Positions 14,227 to 24,768 of a stretch of 64,000 bases of DNA are shown piece by piece. Source of the DNA: Octopus sinensis (lineage: Eukaryota); assembly GCF_006345805.1 (NCBI RefSeq), contig NC_042998.1, positions 13,516,001 through 13,580,000 of the forward strand, given 5' to 3'. The position numbers and the translations under genes were made by a program. How positions within the stretch are numbered: position 1 is the first letter of the stretch; the number at the start of each line of letters is the position of its first letter. The notes under the pieces are model-generated. The model did no database searches, was not told the DNA's origin, and saw only the letters and a list, made by a program, of their open reading frames with translations.

Positions 14227-14370
14227 AAGATCGATTAAAATAGTTTTAAATTTTCAGAAAGTTTAAAATATCTCCTACTTACAGAATTTAAAATCATATC
14301 GAATAATGCTATAGTTGTTTTTAAAGATGTTATAGGTTTTTTATAAAGTTCACCAGGATATAGAAATATG

Positions 14371-14411
<41 letters not shown>

Positions 14412-14775
14412 GCTTACGAGTCAGCCCTCAAGCGCAAATACATGGAGATTTACAGACGTGTACACATTCAAATATACTGGTCGCTTTATTAGGTGTTGAC
14501 GAGACTGGACGTACGAGTCAGACATTCAATAAATCCGATTTTATGAGGGGGAACCATTGTGTGTTTGTAACCAAAATGTCCTCAGTATTCCAATCTATCT
14601 GTATGTATGTGGGGGGAGAGCGAGAGAGAAAGAGAAAGAAACAAAGAAACAAAGAAGCATCGGAGGAATAAATTGAGAACGAACGAGATACATAGATAAA
14701 ATGGGAGAGATGTATGTGATTTGTGGAAATTACCTGGAGCACTTTCTTTCGTATGATTTAATTCTTCTAAGGTCA

Positions 14776-14777
14776 CA

Positions 14778-14835
<58 letters not shown>

Positions 14836-15053
14836 ATAATACATATACATATATATATATATAATATATATATATATACATATACATATATATATATATA
14901 CAATATATATATATATACATACATATAATATATATACACATATATATATATACATACATATACATATATATATATATACACATATATATATTATACATAC
15001 ATATATATATATTATACATACATATATATATATACATACATATATATATATAA

Positions 15054-15087
<34 letters not shown>
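14776..15087. repeat. (TA)n/(TACA)n microsatellite
   Basis: Visible repeat. Confidence 0.95.
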
Positions 15088-15088
<1 letters not shown>

Positions 15089-15308
15089 ACCTCGAACACA
15101 CAAGTGCAAACAAGGAGTCAGAGAAAGGCAGAATGCCACTTATATCTGAACACTACTATAGAAATATTCCTTTAAAAAAACGTTTCTTCTAATTTTTCTA
15201 AATTTAATTATTTAATCGTTACAGTTGAAAAGGTCTCAAAATGACCGAAACCGGTACTGAAATATTCACTATAAAATTATCTTAGCATTTTCTATTTTTG
15301 ACTTGTTT

Positions 15309-15346
<38 letters not shown>

Positions 15347-16376
15347 TATAGTATATATATATATATACAAATATATATTCGACACTGAGGCATAGTGATA
15401 ATCTGCATATTTTTTCTGAATTCTGTGAACAAAGCTTCTTGGAAATTAATTATTTACATGTGTGCTTAGAGCAATGTAGTTACTTAGATGATATATATCG
15501 CCAATGAGTTCCTGAAGTTAGATATAATTCTTTTCACCTACGTACAATTTGTAATTAACTTCGTAAATTCTTGCAGAATTTGTCATGTTCGTGTAGAGAT
15601 GTATATTTAGAACTCGTGTATCCACTTTTAAACAGAGAATCACGTCTTTTCCCCCTTTATAATGAAATAAACCCATTTAGAATGCTTTGTTATGACATGC
15701 TGTTTCTCGAATGGTTCAATGGAATACTATATAGGCCGTTGTAAGTTTATTCCAATCCAATATTAATTCTGAAATTTTCTAATTGCGTAATTGCAAAATA
15801 TATCAAAATTTCGAGGAACAATTTCCTTGAAGCTTGCAAATTCAGTTAGCAATAAAATTGCAAACAGGAAGAGGAATTACATTCTTTTGTAAGAAAAGTA
15901 TTTTTTAAGCTTGATACTTACCGAACTGGATAAATCTTTAGAGTGATTATAGTTACTCAGAACCCTTGGTCTGTTATTAATGTTGTAACACTTAAGATCC
16001 ATTCTGTTATTAGGGAGGATCAATTTATAGTAACTTTCGCAAAATATTCGTATACATTTAACCTGCATTATATATAAAAGTATTGATTTGTCTCCTTTAT
16101 CCAGTTTTTATAGTTCTAAATCATTAAAGCCACTTTCACTAATAACTTTTAAATTAATGTATATCGCGGCTGAATATAACGACATTAAAATATCGAAATG
16201 TTATACTAAGAATAGAATTTTGTAAAATTTAGAGTTGAAGATAGGAATTCCCATGTAAATAAAGTAATGTTTCATGTGATTTTCCATAGAAATATAATTT
16301 GTTCTTATATAATTTTAACATACTTAAATTACTATACGAACTTGCATATCAATTGTAATTTGTTCCCTAATTTCAA

Positions 16377-16482
16377 GTGTGTAGAGCCAGCTAGAGACGA
16401 AGATCTCTTGGGGCTATAAAGCTACAGTAACACCCACTCCCTAATGTGGTTAGCCATGATAAGATGGCTTCTATACTTTACA
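16377..16482 (+). repeat. ~105-bp direct repeat, left copy (host repeat of the Tx1 insertion)
   Basis: gtgt-tagagccagctagagacgaagatctcttg...gataagatggcttctatactttaca recurs with a few substitutions at 24769-24875. Confidence 0.9.
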
Positions 16483-16603
16483 TTATCGAGCGATTACTGT
16501 TTCAATCGCATTCTGAGATTTAATTATGCTTACTGTTCGTTTTTCGACATCAGTGGCAGACGCCATTAGAAAAACTTATATCTATTTGCAAAGGAGCCTT
16601 CAC

Positions 16604-16621
16604 TTTCATCGCGACCTGGTG
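16604..16621 (+). repeat. 18-bp target site duplication (copies at 22152-22169 and 24639-24656)
   Basis: TTTCATCGCGACCTGGTG occurs twice and TTTCATCGCTACCTGGTG once, exactly at the element boundaries. Confidence 0.9.
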
Positions 16622-16873
16622 TTTTTTGAATTTTTCCTCGGCGTATACCAATATTTTTCTGTTGCTGCAAATCGTTGTGTGAGTTCGTTTCCGTTTGTCT
16701 ACTCTGTCATGTTACAAGTAATATCATTGTTGAACTGTTTTTGACCCAGTAATTTTCGCCCTTCGGGGTAGAAGATTTCTGTGTGCTGTTTTGTATGAAC
16801 TCTTAACCTGTATAGGTTATTTTTGGAAAAAAAAAATTCTCTTGTCATTTGTGACAAGTTTGTGTTGTCTAAT

Positions 16874-18393
16874 ATGGAATTAGACTTAAGTTCAAAAAAA
16901 GACTTTCCCGAGATGGGAGAAAGTATAACAACTGTTAAACAAAAGGAAACACAGACAAAACCCAGTTTTTCAGACGCCGTAGGTGGCGAAGTCGAAGAAA
17001 TGGAGGTATCAATGGAAAGATTATTCAAGTTTAGATCGCTGGTGCAAAAAAGTGTGCAGAAGAAACACGATTGGTACCGCCCCCCGAAACTATACAAGCA
17101 ATAAAGGAAAAAATGGTCACCTACAGGGTGTACAATATCAAGGAAAAACGAATGACCGACGTGAAAAACGAAATGGTCGAAAAGTGTATGGCTCCAATAT
17201 GGAGTAAAGTTAGTCATGTCAACCGAGGTGCAAGAAGCGCTACAGTGGAGGCGCATTTTGAAACGGCGGAAGTAGCAAGGCAAATTCGACACAAACGTTG
17301 AAAAACGAGAGTATAATACTGCTACCCTTATATTTAGGATGCAGAACCGCAAAAGTGACCCTAGAAGATATACCAACGGGCTACGACGTGATGTGGGCGG
17401 CAACAGCGGTCATTTTTGATGTTGAATCAAAATTGACAATTTTAAGTATGAAGAGAAAAATTGCAAAACACTGGAGAGGACAGCAGCTGGAGATGATAAT
17501 CCAGGCGGAAAATGCGACGTTGGAAAGCCTACCAGACAGAGTCTTCGTGGGGGAGGGGCACTCCATACGAGTTTCGGTGGAAGGACGCAGGCCCAGATGT
17601 TTTAAGTGCGGGCAAAAGGGCCACGTTCGCTCCGTTTGCACAAAAAAAAATAATGCGGGCAACGCCCCCCCACACAAAACGCTGTGAAGAACGCAGAAAG
17701 CAGCAAAGTGGAGAAAAAAGTAACGGCTGGCGAAAACAAGGAGGAAAAAATAAACAGGTCGAACTCCAAAAAGGAGGAAGACAAGAACGAAATGCAAAAT
17801 GAGAAAGGAAAGGATGAGGAAAATAATGCAACAAAAACAAATAAACAAGAAGACATGGAATTTACGAACGTGTCCAACAAAAGGAAAAAATCCATCACCC
17901 CTGACTCCCCACCCGTATCAAAAAAAAAAACAACGCAGACGAACAAATTAAAAATATTCTCCAATCCCACCCCGGCGGTACTACACTTATAGGCCAGCAC
18001 TTTAACAAACCCCACCCCCGACTGTGTAAAGGGTTTAAACCCAACGAAAAAATTATTGCATACACCACAAAGAACGTGAGAGTAGAAACATGGGTGAAAG
18101 CAAGTACGCTGATCAGGTGCTACAAAGCGACCGAGAAGGAAGCGGAGTGGCGATATGGAAGGGTCGGCGAAGAAGGATGGAAAGACAAAACCTTACAAAG
18201 CCACGTAAAAGCCGGCTTCATTAAGGATGTCACCCAGGAGGTGACAACTGGGAAATTACCCGTTAGCCCGGCAGCCACACCAACCCAGAGCCCGGTGGCA
18301 ACGCCGGTGAAACACCCACAGCAACGGCGAGTGGGGGGGAGACAGGCAGAAGAAAGAATCTGTCAGGCTCCCTCTCGCAACCGTGAGTAAATA
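16874..18393 (+). pseudogene. Tx1 ORF1 (gag-like nucleic-acid-binding protein), split by single-base frameshifts
   Basis: Zinc knuckle RCFKCGQKGHVRSVC (CX2CX4HX4C) lies in ORF 17298-17687. The pieces are contiguous in copy 2 (ORF 22598-23938). Confidence 0.85.
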
Positions 18394-18408
18394 ATTTTCT
18401 TTTTCTCG

Positions 18409-21400
18409 ATGATTAAGTTAGGTTGTATAAATGTGCGTGGAATGGGATCGAAATGGAAACAGGCTTGTTTTCGTGACGACCTCATTTCACATAGAATCGA
18501 AGTAGCTATTGTTACCGAGTCCAAGATGAAGGGACCCCAAGCGTTCTCACCACTTCTCAATGGTTACGAGAAATTTATTTCTCCTAGCCGAGGGGGAGGT
18601 GCAGGCGTGGCAGTTCTTTTCAGGAAGAACTTGGACTTACAGGTAAGTACTGTCTTTTTGGACCCAGAAGGTAGGCTGGTTGTCCTAGATGTGACGCACG
18701 TGAGTAAGCAGTCCTTCAGGTTGGTGGCTGTCTACGCTCCTAACGGACGTGGGCAGACCGGTTTTTATCGGGAACTGGAGCACTTTCTAGTGACGTCCAA
18801 AACGGTAGTCTTGGTAGGGGATTTCAACACCATTCTCGATGCGCGGGTGATGGTGTAGGCTCGAGCGATAGGAAGGGGAATCCTGGCCTCAAGGCTCTAC
18901 TAGCGAGCTTTAATCTAGTAGACCGTTTTCGACTGGATGAGCCGAACGTTCCACAGTGGACGTGGAGTAATAACGACGGCTCACTCAGATCGTACATAGA
19001 TAGAGTATTTGTTAAGGAACGAGATAGGAATAGTGTTAGCTGTCCACAATTCTCTGTTGTGCCTTACACGGATCACAAACTTGTAACGTGTGAGGTACAT
19101 GTAGATAAATGCCATAGACAAGGTCCCGGGTACTGGAAGATGAACAAGTCTATTTTGACCTGTGAAGCTTTCCGTACCCGGATTAAGGAATTAGTACAGA
19201 GGGCATTATGTGGCACCATCATTAATAATAGATGGTGGCTCGCCCTCAAAAGAGCCATCCGTTTGGAGTCCATTAGATTTAGCAAGCAGCTAAGTTTAGG
19301 TAGGACTAGAATAGAGGGCGAATTAGTTAAGAACTTAGACGAGGCTATGGAATCTGGCTGTGCATCCGGAGTGTTGGCAGCGAGAGCGGTATTGTACCGT
19401 CACCTCAACGCCAAGCACGAGGGGTGTAGAGTCAGAGCTAAGTTACGTGCAGGAAAACGAGAAGGTATTAACGTTGCCGGATGGGCCCGTCGTGAGGAGA
19501 GTCAGAAGGGCAAAAAGTCCTGTATTATGTCCTTAACTGACGAGCAGGACCGCAAGATCTATGGACAGGAGGAGATGCAGAAGGTCCTTCACCAGCATTT
19601 CGCACGGCTGTTTGGGGGCGGTGGCCCGCTCGAGCGTGGGGAGACCTTAAAGGACTTCCTAGCTGGTGGGCCTCGGCTCTCGGCAGGTGAGGCGGAGTGC
19701 TGTGAAGGATCGATCTCTCCCGCAGAGGTAAGAGGGGCTATGGCCGAGTGCGCCGGGGAAAAGTCACCGGGATTGGATGGTCTACCCTATGAATTTTATT
19801 GTTGTATGCCGGACTTGTTCGGGGACATACTGGCAGGCGTCTATGCAAACTGGCAGCAGAATGGGAGGATTCCCAGCTCTGTGAGTCGGGGAGTTGTGAC
19901 GCTGGTCCAGAAAGACCCGAGCAAGGGGGACAGTATTAGTAATTACAGGCCCATAACTCTACTTAATGTAGAGTTTAAGATTTTGGCCAAGGTGTTAGCA
20001 AAAAGGTTGACGGCTGTCGTGAAGAAACTTGTCGGGAAGGCACAGACATGTGCAATCCCAGGCAGGTCGATCCAGGATAATCTTCACCTTCTCCGCTACA
20101 CTATAGATAGGGTCGGGAAATTAGACGGCAAGGAGGGGCATTGGTCCATTTAGACCAAAGTAAAGCGTTTGATAGGGTGGACCATCGGTACTTGGCGGCG
20201 GTTCTCGAAGCGGCTGGGCTGGGCCCTGGCTTCTGCGGGTGGATCTCAGCTATGTACAGCGGCATCAAGTCCACAGTCCAGATAAACGGTTACCTAACGG
20301 AGCCGTTTTCGATCAAGCGTTCAGTTCGACAAGGGTGCCCCTTGTCCCCGCCTGTATGTTTTGGCTCTTGAGCCATTGCTGCGGAAGCTGGAGAAGTTGG
20401 GAGGCAACCCTAATGAAATCGGATGCGGTAAGTCTGTTTCTGCCTATGCGGATGACGTCACCCTCATCGTGTCCAACGGAACACAGCTACCTCGGGTAGT
20501 AGGTGCTCTCCATAGATACGAAGCGGTGGCAGGGGCAAAAGTTAACAGGGACAAGTCCATCGGTTTGCGCCTCGGCACCTGGAGGAACAAGCAGATACCG
20601 TCCAGTGTGTTGGACACTGGACGGATGGTCCTGTTAAATTGCTCGGAGTATGGTTTGGTCCAGACTCCCAGACGAGAAGGAGAAGAATTGGAGCGAGGTA
20701 ACGAGCAAGGTGGATGCCATAGTACGGAAGTGGTCCGGAAGGCATCTTTCCTTGAAAGGGAGGGCGGAGGTGGCACAGATGTTTATAGCCTCTGTCGTCA
20801 CCTACCGCCTGACCGTCGTGCCTTGCCCCGATTCGTGGTTAAACAAGTTGGAACGACTTCTTTTCCGCTTTTTGTGGAAAGGAGGAAAGCCACTTGTGAG
20901 ACGCTCCGTGTGTTGCCAGGAACCGCTAAAGGGTGGACTGGGGATGCCTTGGCTAATGATGCGCAAGCATGCGTTGAGGCTGAGACACCTCTGGTGTTAC
21001 CTGGAGGATGATAAGGTGTGGAGTTCGCTGGCAGAGGAATTCTTCCCGCGACCGGCCTCTATGGAGGGATTTACACCCGGTCTCATTAAGGACGTAAACT
21101 GACTTCATGGCAGAAGGAGTGCCGACAGGCACTCTGGCTGATCCACAAGATGGGTAAGGCCGGCAGCGGGAATACCACCTCGGTGTTCTATAAAGGGCTG
21201 GTAGGAGGAAAAAATGACGACGTCCTAGGAAGGGCTCTGGGGTTCGATGAGGATCAACTCTCCAACCTGTTTAAGAAGACTTTCAGGCCGGGGTATTTGG
21301 ATAATTACCAAAAATCCCTGACCTGGCAGTGCTATAGGAATGCATTACCTGTTCGCGAGAAGTTATCCAGGCACGGAATGTCAGTGCCACCGACGTGTCC

Positions 21401-21800
21401 AAGATGTGGGTTGGACGATGATGAAACCGTTCAACACGCTTTTGTACAATGTCGGGAGCTGTCAGGCTTGATAAGTTACGTGGAACACGTGTTGTCGCAT
21501 CTGGGACGAGTACAGCTGTCGGCTGGATCTATGATTAAGATGATACCGCCAACTGGACTCTCAAAGGAAGGTAAGGCTTGTTTTTACTGTACGGTGGCAG
21601 TATTGAAAGAGTGTGTATGGAGAACTAGAGTGGAAGGTCTAGTGAAAGGGTCCTTTATCTCTGGCCCCGGTTTGTTAAAATACTTCGGATATCATCTGAA
21701 GAGCAAGATGGGGTTGGAGAAGAGGAGCCTGCCACAGAAAGAGTATATGGAACGTTGGAAGGATGTGATGAGAAAGGTGGGTGAGAGTAGCCCAGCTTAA
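18409..21800 (+). pseudogene. Tx1 ORF2: apurinic-type endonuclease + reverse transcriptase + C-terminal zinc finger, frameshifted
   Basis: APE motifs: INVRG, VYAP, GDFN, IDRVF, TDHK, GYWKMN. RT motifs: SPGLDGL, NYRPITLLNVEFKILAK, LDQSKAFDRVDH, RQGCPLSP, YADD. C-terminal CPRC...ETVQHAFVQC. Confidence 0.93.
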
Positions 21801-22169
21801 TCATCGAGGAGGAAAGGAGGGATCGGCTGCTGGGATTTATAGGCTGCCGGGTTCAAAATTGAAACTGGTACCTCCCATTACCTTCACTGTACATAACTGT
21901 TTAAAATAAAGAATTAATAATAAAAAAACAAATGAAAAGAAAACATACGCACTAAAAGTTCTCGTGATAAAGGCAAAAGTAAGCCAAGGTTTCGTTTCAA
22001 GGCAAAGTAAGCCAAGTTTTCGTTCAAGTGACATAAAATTTTAATTTTGTAATTTTTTAAATTTCATTCGAACTCGCATAGCATTTTTGTAACTGTTTTG
22101 TCCTGTAATGTATCCATTCTATGTTAGATCTATTGATCATAATAAAGAAAATTTCATCGCGACCTGGTG

Positions 22170-24638
22170 TTTTTTTGAATTTTTCCTCGGCGTATACCAA
22201 TTTTTCTGTTGCTGCAAACGTGTGTGAGTTCGTTTCCGTTGTCTACTCTGTCGTGTTACAAGTAATATCATTGTTGAACTGTTTTTGACCCAGTAATTTT
22301 CGCCCTTCGGGGTAGAAAATTTCTGTGTGTGCTTTTTGTGTGAACTCTTAACCTGTATAGGTTAATTTTGGAAAAAAAAAAATTCTCTGTCATGTGTGAC
22401 AAGTTTGTGTTGTCTAATATGGAATTAGACTTAAGTTCAAAAAAAAAGACTTTCCGAGAGGGAGAAAGTATAACAACTGTTAAACAAAAGGAAACACAGA
22501 CAAAACCCAGTTTTTCAGACGCCGTAGGTGGCGCGAGTCGAAGAAATGGAGGTATCAATGGAAAGATTATTCAAGTTTAGATCGCTGGTGCAAAAAAGTG
22601 GCAGAAAAGCGAAGAAACACGATTGGTACCGCCCCCCGAAACTATACAAGCAATAAAGGAAAAAATGGTCACCTACAGGGGTACAATATCAAGGAAAAAC
22701 GAATGACCGACGTGAAAAAAGAAATGGTCGAAAAGTGTATGGCTCCAATATGGAGTAAAGTTAGTCATGTCAACCGAGGTGCAAGAAGCGCTACAGTGGA
22801 GGCGCATTTTGAAACGGCGGAAGTAGCAAGGCAAATTTCGACACAAACGTTGAAAAACGAGAGTATAATACTGCTACCCTTATATTTAGGATGCAGAACC
22901 GCAAAAGTGACCCTAGAAGATATACCAACGGGCTACGACGTGATGTGGGCGGCAACAGCGGTCATTTTTGATGTTGAATCAAAATTGACAATTTTAAGTA
23001 TGAAGAGAAAAATTGCAAAACACTGGAGAGGCCAGCAGCTGGAGATGATAATCCAGGCGGAAAATGCGACGTTGGAAAGCCTACCAGACAGAGTCTTCGT
23101 GGGGGAGGGGCACTCCATACGAGTTTCGGTGGAAGGACGCAGGCCCAGATGTTTTAAGTGCGGGCAAAAGGGCCACGTTCGCTCCGTTTGCACAAAAAAA
23201 AATAATGCGGGCAACGCCCCCCCACAAAACGCTGTGAGGAACGCAGAAAGCAGCAAAGTGGAGAAAAAAGTAACGGCTGGCGAAAACAAGGAGGAAAAAA
23301 TAAACAGGTCGAACTCCAAAAAGGAGGAAGACAAGAACGAAATGCAAAATGAGAAAGGAAAGGATGAGGAAAATAATGCAACAAAAACAAATAAACAAGA
23401 AGACATGGAATTTACGAACGTGTCCAACAAAAGGAAAAAATCCATCACCCCTGACTCCCCACCCGTATCAAAAAAAAAAAACAACGCAGACGAACAAATT
23501 AAAAATATTCTCCAATCCCCCGGCGGTACTACACTTATAGGCCAGCACTTTAACAAACCCCACCCCCCAACTGTAAAAGGTTTTAAACCCAACGAAAAAA
23601 TTATTGCATACACCACAAAGAACGTGAGAGTAGAAACATGGGTGAAAGCAAGTACGCTGATCAGGTGCTACAAAGCGACCGAGAAGGAAGCGGAGTGGCG
23701 ATATGGAAGGGTAGGCGAAGAAGGATGGAAAGACAAAACCTTACAAAGCCACGTAAAAGCCGGCTTCATTAAGGATGTCACCCAGGAGGTGACAACTGGG
23801 AAATTACCCGTTAGCCGGCAGCCACACCAACCAGAGCCCGGTGGCAACGCCGGTGAAACACCCAGCAGCAACGGCGAGTGGGGGGGAGACAGGCAGAAAG
23901 AATCTGTCAGGCTCCCTCTCGCAACCGTGAGTAAATAATTTTCTTTTTCTCGATGATTAGTTAGGTTGTATAAATGTGCGTGGAATGGGATCGAAATGGA
24001 AACAGGCTTGTTTTCGTGACGACCTCATTTCACATAGAATCGAAGTAGCTATTGTTACCGAGTCCAAGATGAAGGGACCCCAAGCGTTCTCACCACTTCT
24101 CAATGGTTACGAGAATTTATTTCTCCTAGCCGAGGGGGAGGTGCAGGCGTGGCAGTTCTTTTCAGGAAGAACTTGGACTTACAGGTAAGTACTGTCTTTT
24201 TGGACCCAGAAGGTAGGCTGGTTGTCCTAGATGTGACGCACGTGAGTAAGCAGTCCTTCAGGTTGGTGGCTGTCTACGCTCCTAACGGACGTGGGCAGAC
24301 CGGTTTTTATCGGGAACTGGAGCACTTTCTAGTGACGTCCAAAACGGTAGTCTTGGTAGGGGATTTCAACACCATTCTCGATGCGCGGGTGGATGGTGTA
24401 GGCTCGAGCGATAGGAAGGGGAATCCTGGCCTCAAGGCTCTACTAGCGAGCTTTAATCTAGTAGACCGTTTTCGACTGGATGAGCCGAACGTTCCACAGT
24501 GGACGTGGAGTAATAACGACGGCTCACTCAGATCGTACATAGATAGAGTATTTGTTAAGGAACGAGATAGGAATAGTGTTAGCTGTCCACAATTCTCTGT
24601 TGTGCCTTACACGGATCTATTAATCATAATAAAGAAAA
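22170..24638 (+). mobile_element. Second tandem Tx1 copy with ~3.05-kb internal deletion (no RT)
   Basis: Near-identical to 16622-19074. At GATC (24614-24617) it joins directly to the last ~25 nt of the element (tattaatcataataaagaaaa). Confidence 0.9.
22598..23938 (+). CDS. Tx1 ORF1 of copy 2 (446-aa frame; true start probably near 22419 with upstream frameshifts)
   Basis: Contains the CCHC knuckle, a K/E/N-rich linker and a C-terminal region ending ATVSK* just before ORF2. Confidence 0.75.
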   Translation: MAEKRRNTIGTAPRNYTSNKGKNGHLQGYNIKEKRMTDVKKEMVEKCMAPIWSKVSHVNRGARSATVEAHFETAEVARQISTQTLKNESIILLPLYLGCRTAKVTLEDIPTGYDVMWAATAVIFDVESKLTILSMKRKIAKHWRGQQLEMIIQAENATLESLPDRVFVGEGHSIRVSVEGRRPRCFKCGQKGHVRSVCTKKNNAGNAPPQNAVRNAESSKVEKKVTAGENKEEKINRSNSKKEEDKNEMQNEKGKDEENNATKTNKQEDMEFTNVSNKRKKSITPDSPPVSKKKNNADEQIKNILQSPGGTTLIGQHFNKPHPPTVKGFKPNEKIIAYTTKNVRVETWVKASTLIRCYKATEKEAEWRYGRVGEEGWKDKTLQSHVKAGFIKDVTQEVTTGKLPVSRQPHQPEPGGNAGETPSSNGEWGGDRQKESVRLPLATVSK

Positions 24639-24661
24639 TTTCATCGCTACCTGGTGGTTGC

Positions 24662-24704
24662 CGCTCGTTGACGAGGGACAAACATCCCGATACTAGTTCG
24701 AGCG
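24662..24704 (+). ncRNA. Type I minimal hammerhead-ribozyme-like motif (degenerate core)
   Basis: Reads CGCTCG-TTGACGA-GGGA caaaca TCCC-GATA-CTAG-TT-CGAGCG, giving a 6-bp helix I, 4-bp helix II and palindromic helix III. It deviates from the consensus at C3 (U) and GAAA (GAUA). Confidence 0.65.
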
Positions 24705-24768
24705 TATCACTCAGGTTTGCGAGGAAGGGATGGCCCCCCTTTGCAAATACTCCAAAGACACAGATATT

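Larger units (their letters stand above)
16622..22151 (+). mobile_element. Tx1-type (L1 clade) non-LTR retrotransposon, apparently full length (~5.5 kb)
   Basis: T-rich 5' UTR, CCHC ORF1, APE-RT-zinc finger ORF2, and a 3' UTR ending AATAAAGAAAA. Flanked by the 18-bp TSD; GC content is far above the flanks. Confidence 0.93.

Noticed and set aside
16604-16621. Tx1 target as U1/U2 snRNA or a tRNA gene (ATCGC, ACCTGG words)
   Set aside because: The flanking sequence does not continue as U2 (ATCGCTTCTCGGCC) or U1 (ATACTTACCTGGC) and has no cloverleaf.
16699-23616. Long minus-strand F/L/S-rich ORFs (234, 155, 137 and 227 aa)
   Set aside because: Antisense shadows of the A-rich Tx1 ORF1.
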